64,000 nt of DNA from Felis catus (Eukaryota), in the NCBI RefSeq assembly GCF_018350175.1, contig NC_058382.1, positions 61,444,001 to 61,508,000 of the forward strand, read 5' to 3'. A program made the translations under genes and the position numbers. The notes under the pieces were generated by a model. The model worked only from the letters and a program-made list of their open reading frames with translations, was not told the DNA's origin and did no database searches. Positions 38,210 to 50,161 of the stretch are shown here, piece by piece. Position 1 is the first letter of the stretch. Each line of letters starts with the position of its first letter.

Positions 38210-39860
38210 CCATTTTTGCAGAGCAAAGGAAACCATCAACCAAACAAAAAGGCAATTTACTGAATGGGAGAAGATATTTACCAACGATATATCTGATAAG
38301 GGATTAATACGCAAAATATATAAAGAACTTCTACAACTCAACACACAAAAAATCCAGTTAAAAAATGGACAGAAGACCTCAATAGACATTGTTCCAAAGA
38401 AGACGTCCAGATGGGCAAGAGACACATGAAAAGATGTTCAACATTACTCATCATCAGGGACATGCAAATCAAAAGCACAATGAAATGTCACCTTGCACCT
38501 GTCAGAATAGCTAAAATCAACAACACGAGAAACAAGTGTTGACGAGGATGTGGAGAAAAAGGAACCCTCGTGCACTGCTGGTGGGAGTGCAAACAGGTGC
38601 AGCCCCTCTGGAGAACAATGTGGAGGTTCCTCAAAAAGTTAAAAATAGAGGGGCGCCTGGGTGGCTCAGTTGGTTAAGTGTCCAACTTCAGCTCGGGTCA
38701 TGATCTCCCGGTTCGTGAGTTCAAGCCCCGCATCGGGCTCTGTGCTGACAGCTCAGAGCCTGAAGCCTGCTTCTGGGTCTGCATCGTTCTCTCTCTGTTC
38801 CTCCCCCACTCGCATTCTGTCTCTCTCTCTCAAAAATAAAGATTAAAAAAAATTTAAAAATAGAACCACCCTAAGATCCAATAATTACACTACAAAAAAA
38901 ACTAATTCTAAAAGATATATGCATGCCAACGTTTATTGCAGCATTACTTAAAATAGCCAGAATACAGAAAGAAGTGTCCATCGATAGGTGAATGGCTAAA
39001 GATATGGTATATACACAATGGAATATTACTTAGCTACAAAAAAAGATGTTACCATTGGTAACAACATGGATGGATTTAAAAAATATAATGCTGGACATTA
39101 AAAAAAAAGAGGGGGGGGTGCCTGGGTGGCTCAGTCGGTTAAGCATCCGACTTATGCTCAGGTCATGATCTCACCGTTGGTCGGTTCAAGCCCCATGTCA
39201 GGTTCTGTCCTGACAGCTCGGAGCCTGGAGCCTGCTTTGGATTCTGTGTCTCCCTCTCTCTCTGTGTCCCTTGACGTGCTCTCTCAAAAATAGACATGAA
39301 AAAAAAAAAGAATATGATGCTAATAAGTGAAATAAATCAGGGAAAGACAAATACCATAGGATTTCACTCATTTGTGAAATTTAAGAAACAAAACAAATGA
39401 ACAAAGGAAAACCAGTCTTAAATACAGAGAATGAACTGGTAGTTACCAGAGGGAAGGTGGGTGGAGGGATGGCCAAAAAGATAAAGGAAATTGGGAACTA
39501 AGAGTACATGTATCTTTTTTTTAATTTTACTTTTTTATTATTTGCAAAATTTTTTAATGTTTATTTTTGAGAGAGCAAGAAACAGAGCGTAAGCAAGGGA
39601 GGGGCAGAGAGGGAGACGGAATCCAAAGCAGACTCTAGGCGCTGAGCTGTCAGCAGAGCCCAACGCAGGGCTCGAAGCCATGAAGCGTGAGATCATCACC
39701 TGAGCCAAAGTTGGACACTTTACCAACTGAGCCACCCAGGCACCCCAAGAGTACACTTATCTCGACGAGCACTCAAAAATACAGAATCATTGAATCATTA
39801 TACTGTACACCTGAAACGGATATAACAATGCATGTTAATTATACTTAAGTTAAAAAAAAT
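38210..39860 (+). mobile_element. L1 ORF2 3' end and 3'UTR with three inserted SINEs (FANCA intron 3)
   Basis: FCRAKETINQTKRQFTEWEKIFTNDISDKGLI; typical 3'UTR ending tatgttaattatact-like. Confidence 0.9.
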
Positions 39861-41211
39861 TACAAAAAAAAGAGGGGCACCTGGGTGGCTCAATCAGTTA
39901 AGCATCCAGCTTCAGTTCTGGTCATGACCTCATGGTTTATGAATTTGAGCCCCATATCAGGCTCTGCGTGCTCTCTCTCGAAAATGAACATTAAAAAAAA
40001 AAAAAAAAAGAATAGCCATTTCTTTCTGAATTGTCTCCATGGGAAAGTGTCTGTTTTTATTTATAAGGCTTTAATCTTTTTTTTTTTTAATTTTTTTTTA
40101 ACATTTATTTTATTTTTGAGACAGAGAGAGACACAGCATGAATGGGGGAGGGTCAGAGAGAGGGAGACACAGATTCTGAAACAGGCTCCAGGCTCTGAGC
40201 TGTCAGCACAGAGCCCGACACGGGGCTTGAACTCACGAACCGCGAGATCATGACCTGAGCCGAAGTCGGACGCTTAACCGACTGAGCCACCCAGGCGCCC
40301 CAAGGCTTTAATCTTTTTTATATAACGTACATTTCCTATGTATCATATAAGTAACACAACCACTATCTTCAACAGGAAAAACCACTAAAGCATTCATGAA
40401 TTAAGGGTCTTATATTTCTGCAGTCAAGGTTAAGAGCTTTTTATACAAGTTCTTTAAGGCTTGGTCCAAAATCCATACAACAAAGTGTGTGGCTAAGCTT
40501 GGTTCCCCAGAATGACACATTGTATGTGGAATTCAAATGTAATTATGGCAGGGAAAATTACTATCATTTACCAATGACCTGTGACAATCAATTGTCAAGG
40601 TGAGTCTATTTGTTTAAGGTTACTCAAAAAAAATAAATATTTTAAAATTAATGAATTAGTTAATATTTCCCTGAAGTAAGTCATTTCATAATAAAATGTT
40701 AATGACCAGAAAATAATTGAATTTTTTTGTTATTCCCACAGAGCTTCCCTGAACCTCATATTCTCAAATTGAAATACCTTGAAATAGTCTCAAACCTGGA
40801 AATATCCTTCTGGTTTCCTGCCTGCTCTCCCAGCCCAGCACAACTTGTTTTCACCACTTCTAGAAAGGAAATGCACGTTACTGTCCCATGTTTTTCCAAG
40901 GGACACTTTGGTTCCTACTGCTTCTGAGCCCTATGTTGAGTGAAACACTGTTATTTCTCTTAATGTTTATTTATTTATTCACTTTTGAGAGAGCACAAGC
41001 AGGGGAGGGGCAAAGAGAGAGGGAAAGAATCCCAAGGAAGCTCCGCACCGTCAGCACAGAGCCCGACATGGAGCTTGAACTCACAACCTGAGCCGAAATC
41101 AAGAGTCAGACACTTAACCAACCACTTTTGTTTATTAGAAGCAAATCAAGACCACTTTACATAAAGCTCTCCCATATCTCCATACATTAAGAAAATTAAG
41201 TTCTAACTTAC

Positions 41212-41296
41212 CTATGAGTGAACTAGAAAGATTAGTACAGGCCTCAGGATCAATCAGCTGATTGAGACACAGTGTCTTACGTGGTGCACCTTCTAC
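41212..41296 (-). CDS. FANCA: FANCA exon 3 (85 nt)
   Basis: VEGAPRKTLCLNQLIDPEACTNLSSSLI; ag/gtaagt. Confidence 0.93.
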
Positions 41297-41651
41297 CTAG
41301 AAACCAAATACAAAGAACTCTATTCTTAAAAGTTCAAGTTGTGTGTGCATAAAAACAATTTGTGTATATAACGCTTGCCTACTGCACTATTCTTAAATAT
41401 TTCAAGGTAAACATTTTTAAAAAGCGAATCTTACCAAACCTTTTTGAGAAAAACTAAATTCACTCTGAAATCACATTTTATCTCCAAAAAGATAAATGCT
41501 CACAACCTTTTTCTCATCGAGTCAACATTTAATGGGTGCTTCTACCAGATACTCATAAGGCTTTTTCTGGGTCTCTAAGATTATGCCTTGGCTGCATGCA
41601 AAACACCCAAACTTAAATCTGCCTGCAAAGGTCGAACCAATTCCCTCTTAC

Positions 41652-41761
41652 CTCGAGCAGAAGGTCATTCAAGTTTAGGTGGCGTCTCAGGAGGTGCACA
41701 GCGGATTCCTGTAACTTCTGCTCTGTTCCAGGACCGCACATTTGCCTCTTGACCCTTCCCG
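41652..41761 (-). CDS. FANCA: FANCA exon 2 (110 nt)
   Basis: AGRVKRQMCGPGTEQKLQESAVHLLRRHLNLNDLLLE; ag/gtaaga. Confidence 0.96.
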
Positions 41762-41819
41762 CTAAGGGCGAAAACCAGTTCCACAAAATTACAGCACACC
41801 TTAAAAACTCATGTAAGAA

Positions 41820-42105
41820 GACTTGGTGACATTCTAGGCCCCCTGATGTGGTGCACCTCGGGGACACATTACTTCGTGGTATTCTTATGAAAAATGCAAA
41901 TCTAATCATGAGAAAACATCCATCAGACACACCCAACTGAGGAACATTTTATAAAATGAGGGACCAGTACTTCTCCAAATGTCCAGGTAAGCAAAGACCC
42001 AGTAACTGTCACCGATGGGAGGAAATCTAGACAATTCTCTGTGGAATCCTGGGACAGAAAAAGGATATTTTGGGAAAACCTGATGAAACCCAAGCCTAGG
42101 GGTTG
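41820..42105 (+). mobile_element. L1MC-type 3'UTR fossil in FANCA intron 1
   Basis: aatctaatcatgagaaaacat...gaatcctgggacagaaaaagga resembles recalled L1MC 3' ends. Confidence 0.6.
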
Positions 42106-42429
42106 ATTCTTGTTCAGTCAGGTTACGTGGTTCTGGGAGTAGGCTAAGCTGACCCCCTTACTGTCATCCCGCACTCCTGGACGCAGAGTATTATTAACTC
42201 CCTGCCTCCTAGAACCATCTTTCTTGACGTCGCGTTGGAAGGGGGCCAGCCCCGCGAATGCAGGAAGAACTGGAGATCTACCGGAACAGGGGTCGTTGGG
42301 ATGGGAAGAGGGCAAAAGAGACGGGAAGTCGGGGGAGACCAGGACCAGGGGGCGGGGGTGTGGGGGGGAACAAGACAGGGGACACAGGACTGGGTATTGA
42401 GGGAGAGGAGAACTGGAGGTCTGTGGGAC

Positions 42430-43370
42430 GCGGGCAGGAGGCGGGGGTTCAGGGCGGAGGAGGACGAGGACCGAGGTTCTGGGGCACTGGGAGGAGGCAG
42501 GAGGTCCTGGGGGACAAGGAGAGGCCGGGCACCGGGGCGACGAAGGCTAAGGAGATAAGGGGTCTCAGGGTCCGACACCGCCCACTCCCGCAGCCCTGGT
42601 GCCCTCTTACCCAGCAGCTCGGTCCACCTCCTCTTGCGACTCCCCAGCCCCGAGGTCGAGGCGGCGCCCTCCACCTGCGAGTCCGACATGGCGGGAACTT
42701 GCCATTCCCTCCGCAGCCTCCCGCATTCGGCCCGCGCGGCCTCCCCATTGGCTACGGCCCCCGCGGCCTCCCTATTGGCTGGCGGCTACCCGGCCTCCCC
42801 ATTGGCCGGCCGGTGCTCGGCCACGCTCCGTTGCCCGTTGGGGCGAAGGCCTCACGACGCGGCCATCTTGGTGGCGGCGTGTGCCGCCATGTTGGTGGTG
42901 GCAAGAAGGAGGCAGGTACCCTGATACCTGGAGAAGGGTGATGTCGCTTTAGAGTTGACGGGTAGCGGAGCGGATTCAAAACAGCGCCACGCGCGAGAAA
43001 ACGGTGGCATCCTTGTGCATTATTCCTGCCGAGAATCGCCGGCCAATAGTCATGCCGAAAAACCCGACAAAGCCACAACCGAGGAGACTAAAAAGCGCTG
43101 AGCTGTGTTGTTCATCCATCTGGGCGCCCCGGTTCCCGGAGTTGGAAGGGGGCGAACCCGCGCGGGCTGCTTGCGGCCCAGTGAGACCTTCTGCAGCGAT
43201 ACAGACAGTCTGAGGCTAGTGCGACTGAGCCCTCATTGTTAACTTCTATTTGACTGTAATTTAAACGTAAGTGGCCGCAGGTGCCCATGCGAATGGGTCG
43301 CAGGTGTTAAAACCTCGAAGAAAGCAGGTCCGGTGGGGCGCGGAATGGTACTGCGTCGCTGCGGTGGCTT
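42430..43370 (-). promoter_or_regulatory. FANCA CpG-island promoter with three CCAAT boxes, an E2F-like site and two YY1-like motifs
   Basis: CpG-dense. ATTGG at 42747, 42774 and 42801; TTCCCGCC (minus strand) at 42690-42697; GCGGCCATCTTG and GCCGCCATGTTG at about 42859-42895. Confidence 0.8.
42611..42689 (-). CDS. FANCA: FANCA exon 1 (79 nt CDS)
   Basis: MSDSQVEGAASTSGLGSRKRRWTELL; Kozak cccgccATG; donor G|gtaaga. Confidence 0.96.
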
Positions 43371-43489
43371 TCCCTCGATGCTCTTACCTGTGAGATTCAT
43401 GGATGTTGTGCTTAGCTGTAGTTAACTTGTTTTCATGGCTGTCTAGTATTTCCTGGATAAATAAATATATATATACACACACACAACTG

Positions 43490-44220
43490 ATAATTTATAT
43501 AATTTATTTTCTGTAAGTTCTGATGTTTTGGGATTTTAAAAGCCTTTCTGGGGGCGCCTGGGTGGCGCAGTCGGTTAAGCGTCCGACTTCAGCCAGGTCA
43601 CGATCTCCCGGTCCGTGAGTTCGAGCCCCGCATTGGGCTCTGGGCTGATGGCTCAGAGCCTGGAGCCTGTTTCCGATTCTGTGTCTCCCTCTCTCTCTGC
43701 CCCTCCCCCGTTCATGCTCTGTCTCTCTCTGTCCCAAAAATAAATAAACGTTGAAAAAAAAAAATTTAAAAGCCTTTCTGGCTAGGGAGAGACTGCCCCC
43801 CCCCCCCGCCCCCCGGGGGCCACAGGAGCCTGCCGTTGTTAAGAAACTGTCCAACTCAGAGCCACACCTCCTCCGTCTGGCCTCAATCCTAGGAGGCTAC
43901 CTTCATCATACCCTGGCCAGCTGCCGGGCAGCTACCACCGCTGTAGCCCACAGCCCACCAAAACTATTGAAACTAGCCAATCGTAGCGGTTTACCCTGCT
44001 CAGCCTTAACTTTCATGGGAAAACTCCAATAAAGACCTTGATCTCTATCAAAATCAGCCTTACTATTCTGTCTCCTAGCCACCTTGGAGCTGCCTCGTGT
44101 GGCCTTTCACAGCCTGCCATTCCTCCAGTGTCTAGGACCTGTGAATATAATGCAATTTGTTTTTTCCTGAGCCTCTTCGGTCTCCTCTTGTGACCATCTC
44201 ATAAAGATTACAAAATAGAT
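43490..44220 (+). mobile_element. MER74/MER73-like ERVL solo LTR fossil, interrupted by a SINE
   Basis: ggagagactgcccc, aaactattgaaactagccaatc, aataaagacc and cgtgtggcc motifs match the recalled consensus. Confidence 0.6.
43550..43767 (+). mobile_element. Young felid CanSINE about 0.86 kb upstream of the FANCA ATG
   Basis: Full length, TSD AAAAGCCTTTCTG. Confidence 0.95.
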
Positions 44221-44639
44221 TTTTTTTTTTCAGTTAAACCTATGGCAGCTCAAGGTTAGAAATGAGGCCTCGGGGCCTGGTTTGCACACACCGTGGGGCC
44301 GGGGGACCAGCAGTGGACAGAGGGCCATAGGGCTGTCACACTGGTGAATAACAGGCAGAGGGAGCGTAGAGTGATGCTTGGCTCGTTTCTGTTTAGGATG
44401 AACTGTGGAAGGGCCAAACAATAACACAAGATTCTCTTAACACCTCGAATTGAAAGAGCACTTACAGATTTGTTTAAACAAACTTTACCATATAATCATG
44501 TTTATGCATATATGATAAAACAAACATAAGTGAAAAATGCTTTGAGGGTATCCTGAGCCCTGACTTCTGAAGGGTGAACTAAAAACCAACTTGGTTGTCC
44601 TGGATATTAAAACCCGGTTCTTCCCTCCTACGTAACGCT

Positions 44640-45402
44640 TCCTCCTGAGTATCTCCTCTACTTCTGACAGGTCTGGCCCCCAAATGTGTGGGCATTTTTC
44701 CCCTAAGCAATTCACTGTGACACCAACTGGGTATACTACAATTCAAATAAATTCTGGCACTATTTACGGGGACAGTATCAGATCCCACAGGTGAAGGGCT
44801 CGGTCTTATCAGCTTACCGCCCACTTCAGATGCCACTTCCAACGGTAGGTCCCCAGATTTCCCACAACTTCTGTCAACAAATCCGGGGTTCCCACGACCC
44901 CCTCCTCAGGTTTGATTAATTTGCTAGAGTGGCTCATAGAAGTCAGGTAAACACAGTTACCAGATCATTAAAGGCTGTGAGAAAGGGTACAGGTGAGATG
45001 AACCGCTACACAGGGTGAGGTCCAGGGGAATCCCAAACACAGGCCATCTGTCCTCATGGAATTGGGGTACATCTCCCTCCAACTGTTGTGTTCACCAACC
45101 TGGAAACTCTCCCAACACTGTACTTTTGGGATTTTACAGAAGTAAAATCATCACGAAGGCATGATTGATCATTAGCTCCATTTCCAGCCCCTTTTCCCTC
45201 TCTAGAGGATGGGGACCAAGCTGAAAATTACAAGCTTCTCTAATCATTACTTGGTCTTTCTGGTGACCAGCCGAGCCACGCAGGAGCCCACCTAAGTTAC
45301 CCCATCAGAACAAAAGGTGCTCCTACTGTTATCACTTAGGAATTTACAAGAGTTGCAGGAGCTCCGTGCCAGGACCAGCGGGGAGAGACCAATATGTATT
45401 TT
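44640..45402 (-). mobile_element. MER21-family LTR fossil
   Basis: ggggttcccacgaccccctcctcaggtttgattaatttgctagagtggctca and gagctccgtgccaggacc...gagaccaatatgtatttt. Confidence 0.75.
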
Positions 45403-45699
45403 CCGTCCTCTCCCAAAGGGTTAGAAGAGCTGAATCACCTTTCAGCTGAGGCTCAACACCCAGGTTTTCACACAATATCACCCTGTCAGCCATGCAGCCC
45501 TCTTGTGATGCAGGAGGCCCTCGAAGAGCGCCCCGCTGTCAACTCCTGGATTGTCTTCCAAACTTCTGGAAAGGGCACACTTTCAAATCTGTGTGCAGGC
45601 GATGACCCTCTGCGGAACTGCTGGCAGGCCCAACCCAGATCTGGACTGCTCACCCTGAGATAAATGCCCACAAAACCCCACGGGGGGGCGACACAAGCC

Positions 45700-46143
45700 A
45701 GGCAGTGGGCTGCAAGATATGGCCGCAAGTTCTCCCCCACCGTCGAGAGGTGGAGTCTATTTCCATCTCTTTGGTCTGGACAGCCAATGAGACGTGAGTA
45801 ACATGATACAAACAGAACCTTGAGAAGAGCTTGTGCTTTAGAGTTTGGAACGCTGAGCTCCCCAAGGAACACACCTGAGCCAGCCTACCTGAGGATGAGG
45901 CTACGTGGAAGAAAGGTGGGGGCCCAGCCAACAACAGTCCCAGTCCCTGGCGGGCAGCCGGTCCAACACCCGAACCTGGGAATGAGGCCATCGCAGGCTG
46001 TCCAGCTGCCAGCAAAACACCAGTGATGTAGGAGCGGGAGTGAGGCTGGCTCACTAGAGGAATGATGGGCTAAGGAAACCACTGTTACTTTAAGCCACTG
46101 AGGTCTTGCGATGGTTTCTTACAGAGCCACAGATCATTGATAA
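45700..46143 (+). mobile_element. MLT1-type MaLR LTR fossil
   Basis: 3' end ctgttactttaagccactgagg...tggtttcttacagagccacagatcattgata. Confidence 0.65.
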
Positions 46144-46184
46144 AGTCCTTTACACATGATCTATCATAGGAGCAGGGGGCGTGA

Positions 46185-46320
46185 ATATCATTCCAACTTA
46201 CAGACAGGAAACAGGCATTCGCAGGTTAAGGGATTTGCCCAAGGACACACAGCTAATACATGGCAAAGACAGGAAAAGAACTCAGGTCTGTCTGATCCCC
46301 AAACCTAAGCTCTTAAACTG
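46185..46320. mobile_element. MIR fossil
   Basis: ttacagacaggaaacaggc...aggttaagggatttgcccaaggacacacagcta core. Confidence 0.75.
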
Positions 46321-48478
46321 GAGACATGGGCAGGTGGGGCTACAGCCCTCTAATGGAAGGGGGAGAAGAGCCTCCTGGGTTTGCACTCCACATAATTCCT
46401 CCTCCCCAGCCTCTGCCTTCCCAAAGACGAGGCATTGGGAGAAAGAGATATCCCTGAGAAAGAGAACCCAAACTAGGCTGGCTCCCTCCCTCCCTCCCTC
46501 CTGCCTTGCGTCCTCAATGCCTGGATTTCTCACCTTTTCCTGGCACTTCTGTCCAGCATACGGAGACCCTGCCTCTTCTCATGACAATGTCTATATGGAA
46601 ATGGCCCAGAACAGAAGAAAGAATGTGAAGATGAGTGTTTCCTTGACATTGCCCAAGGTGCCAGGAAACACTGGGAACAAGACCGAGTCTCTTACAGATC
46701 CTGAACCCCATGTCCAGCCCCGTATCCAGATGGGATACGACCAAAAGGCTTTCACCGCACAAGAATCCACAAAAGCAAGTGCCCTGGGGATACTCCTCCA
46801 AGCCCTGGCGGGGGCAGGAGAGGCCATTAGGTGGTCCACTCCTACCCCACCCCCAGCAGCCTCAGGAGCACTAGAGGTGTCTGCGCTCCACAAGGGCCGC
46901 CCTGCCTCTGGCAAGTGTACCTTCTTTGCCTCAAAGTGAAGCCTGGTTTGAACTGTCCATCTGCCCATGGGCCATGCTGACTGCTCGGGTCTCACTTAGC
47001 ACAACTTAGACACACAAAACAGGGCCTTGGGTGCGTGGCTCAGGAATAGGAAGTCAGAACCCACAGAGTCCCCACAAGGGGTTCTGCCAGACCCTCTGCA
47101 CTCTGTAGGCCAAGTGTGATGTTGTGAATTATAATGGCTAGAAAGTGCAGAGAACAGACCGGTTCACAAAAAGGCAAAGACTCATTCTCAGGGAAGACCC
47201 TAAGACAAGCCTGGGGGGAAGAGCTGGTGCCCCGTCAGGAAGCCCGTCCCATGTAGCTGGGCCCCTTCCCACCTCCACCCTGGCCATGCCTCTGACAGAC
47301 CCTAGACCACAACAAGAGCTGTCCGTTTTAAGCACCCTTTAGGTTATTTGAAGGGAGAGTTTATTAAATTGGGGGAACATCATTTCCACTTGGCCATGAG
47401 TCAGTCCGAGAAAAGCTTTGCTGTGTTAATTTCCCCAAGCTGCTGACAGGGAGGGAGCCCTGAATTATTTTTTTTTAAGTTCATTTATTGATTTTGAGAG
47501 AGAAAGAGAGAGACAGAGACAGAGAGAACCCCAAGCGGGCTCTGTGCCGTCATCGGGGCTGGTGAGATCATGACCTGAGGTGAAATCAAAAGTCAGAGAC
47601 TTAACTCACTGAGCCCCCCAGGTGCCCCTGATTATTTTAATTAGAATAAAATCAGACTTATTCGTGTTTTCCTAATGCTTGTCAAATTCCAAAATGTAAA
47701 CACAACAAATCCATACTCTTGGAAATCACTAAAAAAATTGCTCTAGGCGGCTGAAGTTTTAAAAGAGCTTTATGCAAATTACCAGCTCCTGGAAACAGCA
47801 CCCACCTGTCGGGGGCTGTGCTCAGAAACACTGAGCATGTGCCAACCCCAGGCCTCGGCTGTCTGTCCTCACGTTGTGGCCTGAGGCTTGCCTGAGTCAG
47901 GTCCTGTGTGCCTACGTCTGTGCAGGTAAGCCTTGTGCGGGGCCAGTGCCCACCCCCAGTTCCCCGTGAGGACACCGATATTCTACATTCCTATCATTAC
48001 GGGTTGTTGGGTTGCAGGGAAAGCTGGCCAAAGGTGTTTGGTGCTGCGACGGACTCTTTTAATCAGGAAGCCGAGGGGGAAGCGGAATTCACAAGCACTT
48101 CTCCTGTAAGTTCCCGGACCTCTCAAGAATGAAAACGGACCAAAGAAGACCTTCAGGCTCAGTTTCTCCATTTGTAAAACTGGCCTGAGAGACGCCACAG
48201 TTCCGTTACCGTCTGCTCACTCGGCCCTTGTGTGTGCAAGTCCAGAGTGCTGTGTCCACGCTCCAGAGTGCCCGTTAGTACTCAGTCTGGAGCTGAGGCC
48301 CGGCTGAGACCTGCTGAGGGGACATGCAAGTGAGGAGCCCTCCTGTCACCCAGAACGCTCCTTCCACTAGGGCATGGGGGTGTTTCCTCACCTCCATGGC
48401 CCATATGAGCTTCCGCGTGCACTTTCCAAAAGGATTGGTCTCTGAGGAAGGATGTGGGTGGATCCCTACCACTCACAC

Positions 48479-49187
48479 TGATGAGGGAGCATAAGGCAAG
48501 CTGAGGGCAAAGTACAGGCTGACAGCACCACCACCCCCATCACCAGGTGGGGTGTGTGTCACATCCCTGGGACACTCAGGCTGACCAAGAACACATGAAA
48601 GGAGAGAAAATCAAATGTTGACTGAGATCACAGTCCTGCAGGACAGGAGTCCCCTTCAGTTTACATACGTCTTGGCAGGTTACAGGAGAGGGGCAATCCT
48701 ATCCATAGCCTAATCCAGAAACCTATAGATTCAGTTTCCTGGAGCCCTAATATCCCCCTCCCCTCCGTAGCGATGTGGGAACAAAGGTAAGAAGGAAATG
48801 GCAGGTGAAAATTCTTTATTACCTGCAGCCCATTGACAAATATTTCAGGCAAATACAGGTAAAACACTTCCCCAGAAAATCCCTCCTGTCGTAATGTTAA
48901 TGCCTTATAGAGGGAAAACAACCTTAGCTTGATAATAGCTAGGCCTCCCATATCTTATGAATCTCCTTTAACATATGAAAATCCCTTTGGGAAATTCCTC
49001 TTGCCTTTATCTCCCCCAACTCCATCATATATAAACATTCACCCCTCACACTTAGAGCACAGCTGTTTCTGCCCACGGGTCCTGTCCCGCTGCTTTAATA
49101 AAATCACCTTTTTGCACCAAAGACGCCTTCGAGAATTCTTTCTTGGCCGTCAGCTCTGAACCCTACCATCACTCCAAAACCTCATCA
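48479..49187 (+). mobile_element. Carnivore ERV solo LTR (709 bp)
   Basis: Inverted termini TGATGAGG...CCTCATCA; TATATAAA at 49028; AATAAA at 49097; flanks cacac/cactc (imperfect 5-bp TSD). Confidence 0.88.
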
Positions 49188-49527
49188 CACTCACTGCTTC
49201 TCAGGCACAGCATAGGAAGATGTGAGATATTCATTTCAAACATGGAAAGAACGTTCCCCCACAATTATAATAGTCGACACACGTGCGTTGACAAATAACA
49301 TTAAAGGGGCCAAGAAACACTGACTTGCCCACAATCATACCCAAGACAAACATATTTCACTGTGCATCTTTCAGGTTTCTCCTTGGTAAATACCTTTTCA
49401 ATAGATTTTTTAAGTTTATTTATTTATATTTTGAGAGAGGGAGAGGGAGAGAGAGAATCCCAAGCAGACTCCGCACCGTCAGCGCAGAGCCTAATGCGGG
49501 GCTCAAGCTCACAAACTGTGAGATCAC

Positions 49528-50161
49528 TGAAGGGGTTTTGAAACGGTGGGGGACCAGAGCTGATAACCAAGAAATAATTCATGATCCGTCTTTGATGCAA
49601 AAAGGTGATTTTATTAAAGCACTGGAACAGGACCTACGGGCGGAAAGAGCTGCACTGGCGGGGCCTCTGGGGGGCTCAGTCGGTTAAGTGTCCGACTTCA
49701 GCTGAGGTCACGATCTCACGGTTTGTGGGTTCGAGCCCCACATAGGGCTCTGTGCTGACAGCTCAGAGCCTGGAGGCTGCTTCCGATTCTGTGTCTCCCT
49801 CTCTCTCTCTGCCCCTCCCCCGCTCATGCTCTGTCTCTCTCTCTCTCCAAAAAAAAAAGAGCTGCCCTGGGATTGTGAGGAGTGACTGATCATATACTTG
49901 GGAGTTTGGGGAGGTAAAGGCAAGGGAAAGTTTCCAAAGGGATTTTCGCATACTAAAGAAGAATCACAGGATACTGGAGGCCTAGCTAATTGTCAAGTGA
50001 AGGTTGTTTTCCCCTCTAGCAAAGCGTTAACATCAAGACAGTAGACAGTTCCTGGAGAAATGTTATACTCTGCCTGTCTCAAATATTTGCCAATGGGCTG
50101 CGGGTTATAAGGAAATTTAGTTTTACCTGCCATTTCCTTCTGCCTTTGTTTCCCCACATCA
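49528..50161 (-). mobile_element. Related solo LTR in the opposite orientation, inserted in a SINE and containing a SINE
   Basis: Reverse complement aligns by eye along 48771-49187; TG...CA ends; TSD atcac/atcat. Confidence 0.88.

Larger units (their letters stand above)
658..42689 (-). other. FANCA: FANCA gene span (coding exons 1-26; 3' part lies beyond the window start)
   Basis: 26 exons translate to peptides matching recalled human FANCA in the correct order. Splice sites are AG/GT (one GC) with consistent phases and no stops. Confidence 0.98.

Noticed and set aside
46181..46939. 252-aa intergenic plus-strand ORF
   Set aside because: It starts at a GTG inside a MIR fossil, has no recognisable domain and no exon structure that I can support. 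A BLASTP or PhyloCSF hit would be needed.
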